From Oikopleura dioica (Eukaryota > Animalia > Chordata): a stretch of DNA of 64,000 nucleotides. Shown here piece after piece: positions 62,201 to 64,000 of this stretch (positions are counted from its first letter, which is position 1; each line of letters starts with the position of its first letter). The DNA lies in the NCBI GenBank assembly GCA_907165135.1, contig OU015569.1:3286001-3350000 (forward strand), read 5' to 3'. The notes below the pieces were generated by a model. That model ran no database searches and was not told where the DNA came from. It saw only the letters and a program-made list of their open reading frames with translations. The position numbers and the translations under genes were made by a program.

Positions 62201-64000
62201 AGTCGGATCTTCATGTTGAAAATGGTTCCAGAGTTGTAAATTTGCTGAGCTGAGTGAGCTGAGCTGGCTGAGTGAGCTGAGCAGTCGCTCAGCTCAGCTC
62301 AGCTCAGTGATTTTGGAAAATGATCTGATCTGCTCAGCTCAGCTCAGCTCAGACAATTTTCACTCAGCTCAGCTCAGACGATTATCACTTAGCTAAGCTC
62401 AGCTCAGCTCAATGATTTGAATACAATTTTACTGTAAACCCTTTAAACAGTAAAAAACAGCTCAGCTCAGCTCAATCAGCTCAGCTCAGCTCTAATTAGG
62501 GTCCGCTCAGCTCAGCTCAGCTCAACTCTCTTTAACAAAAGGTCTGCTCAGCTCAGCTCAGCTCAGAAACCTCCGAAGTAGCCCAGCTCAGCTCAGAGAA
62601 ATTTTTCTCGGGTCAGCTCAGCTCAGCTCAGAAAAATTAATCAAAATTTGCAACTCTGACTGGTTCTTTTAACAAACGCCGCGAAAATCCCCCCAAACGT
62701 ATCTATTATTTCACTCTAGCGTTCTATGTACTGTGGATTGAGCGGGTAGTGTAACCCTGCAATTTTCAAAACAGTAATTTGAACACTATTTTTCCCATAT
62801 ACAAAATGACTACGTGATAATTTCATTTCTTCTGTCAAAAACAAATAATCTCACCTGACCCGAAAGATATGAATATGATTTTGAGGTGAAAAATAGGGAT
62901 ACACTATTAACCTAGATTTATCCGTCAATTCTTTCGAGAAATCTCAATAAATGAATTTTGAGGAAAAAGGCATTTGATTTTTCATAAAAAAAGTCTCAAA
63001 GTTTCAATCTTAGTATTTCGAGTACTTATGTTTACTTAAAATGGAGTGTCCAAATTTCTTCTTATTAAGAAGATATGAAAATTTGACAAAGTGGGCGTGA
63101 AAGAGCATAAAAAGATAAGTTTGCTTGGAAAAAATCATGAAAATCAAAGTTAAAAAGCCTTTTAAAAGTGAAAAAGAAAATGAGCTACGCGTCATAAAGC
63201 TTCAAGGGGCTTCAAGAGCGAACAAGGGATAAATGACGGAGAAATGCGGGCGAGCAAAGGTGCGCCGTCGAAACCAAGGAGAGCGAACAAGGGGTCGTAG
63301 AATGCAAAAGAAGGAAAGCGACCAACGGATCTTGGTAACAAAAAGCGAGCGACCAAGGGGGGTCTTGTTGGAGTTTAACTAAGCGAGTAAGGGAAAAATG
63401 TTCACAAAATGTGAGCGAGCTAGGGGGGGGGTACGTTATACTGATTGACGTAGGAAAGTATTTTAGTCATCTTTCGATTTCGCTTACTTATTTCTTTTCC
63501 CTGACTATCTTCATCGACTGCCAAGATCATCTGATTATCAACTCGTTGCCCTACTTGTGTTTGACAATTTTCAATGACAGCTGGAAATCCTTCGCCACTT
63601 CTAGTCATGAATGATCGGAATCGTAATGGGTCATTGACATCTCTTACGCGCATCGTACAAACTGTCTCAACTGGCTTTGCATCTTTTGCCTTTGAGTTGT
63701 GAAGACGGACATTGAGATTGACGATTCTAGCAGCGACGGAGCCGCGGGTTTCAATCTGTGCTCCAGGAAGTTCGTAGTTGTATGGTTTGAGAATGTTGAC
63801 TTTTCCTGAAGTCACCCAAACTCCATCAACTCGCTCGATAGTAGGAACAATTTCAAGCGAACCGTCAAGAGGATCTTCACTGTCCAGTACTTCAATCTCA
63901 ACAAACCCGTTTCTTTCGTCGGCGTCACGATCAACAATTCGAATGTTAGCAGCTTCAGGAGCGTCCATGCTATTTTCATCAATTATTCCAAGGTCACAAC
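59214..64000 (-). CDS. Classical-type cadherin, 3' part; the gene continues beyond the window
   Basis: Cadherin motifs IDENS, YNYE, VRDVND, AVDED and DKDEDALGHGAPFTF; membrane-proximal CDCD; a Leu-rich TM; cytoplasmic YDEVRIY...ASISTM resembling the beta-catenin-binding region. The last exon is uncertain. Confidence 0.82.
59507..59740. mobile_element. 234-bp hAT-type MITE
   Basis: Perfect 16-bp TIRs CAGGGTTTGAAAAGTC/GACTTTTCAAACCCTG, a perfect 8-bp TSD AGTCATAC and internal TGAGC/GCTCA motifs. Confidence 0.92.
61786..63439. mobile_element. ~1.65-kb non-autonomous TIR element in a cadherin intron
   Basis: ~65-bp TIRs (ataacgtaccccc..tagctcgctcacattttgtgaacatttttccctt) and subterminal CCCTTGTTCGC-type repeats at both ends in inverted orientation. 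No transposase ORF. Confidence 0.82.
62229..62658. mobile_element. 430-bp hAT-type MITE made of (GCTCA)n arrays, nested in the 61786-63439 element
   Basis: TIRs CAGAGTTGTAAATTT/AAATTTGCAACTCTG (1 mismatch) and 8-bp TSD AATGGTTC/ACTGGTTC (1 mismatch). Confidence 0.88.

Noticed and set aside
62250-62640. (GCTCA)n as a stand-alone satellite or telomere-like array
   Set aside because: It is bounded by TIRs and an 8-bp TSD, so it is better explained as the interior of a hAT MITE.

Overview
Gene-dense eukaryotic genomic DNA. Most introns are about 35-90 nt, some have non-GT donors, and many same-strand genes are packed closely, several with a bare splice acceptor just before the ATG. This fits a larvacean tunicate such as Oikopleura dioica, which has operons and SL trans-splicing; the organism is an inference. 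From left to right: a minus-strand BEN-like gene whose large introns hold MITEs; two small unknown genes and a repeat-rich stretch with a ~600-bp foldback; then a plus-strand run of a TLC-domain gene, SPT2, ZMAT2, ESF1, an ATP8A-type flippase, SELENOT (in-frame UGA plus SECIS), neurobeachin, two unknown genes, RPN1, an ARL16-like GTPase, a NEK1-like kinase and a secreted Cys-rich protein; finally the 3' part of a minus-strand classical cadherin. The most notable items are: an intronless antisense gene inside ESF1 intron 1 encoding a secreted mucin-like protein with four copies of a repeat domain I do not recognise; a same-strand, probably inactive PLA2-like gene inside a NEK intron; GA-AG and GC-AG introns; a frameshift in RPN1; and several non-autonomous DNA transposon families (hAT-, Tc1/mariner- and Kolobok-like). 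Exon structures were assembled by eye and no database search was possible.
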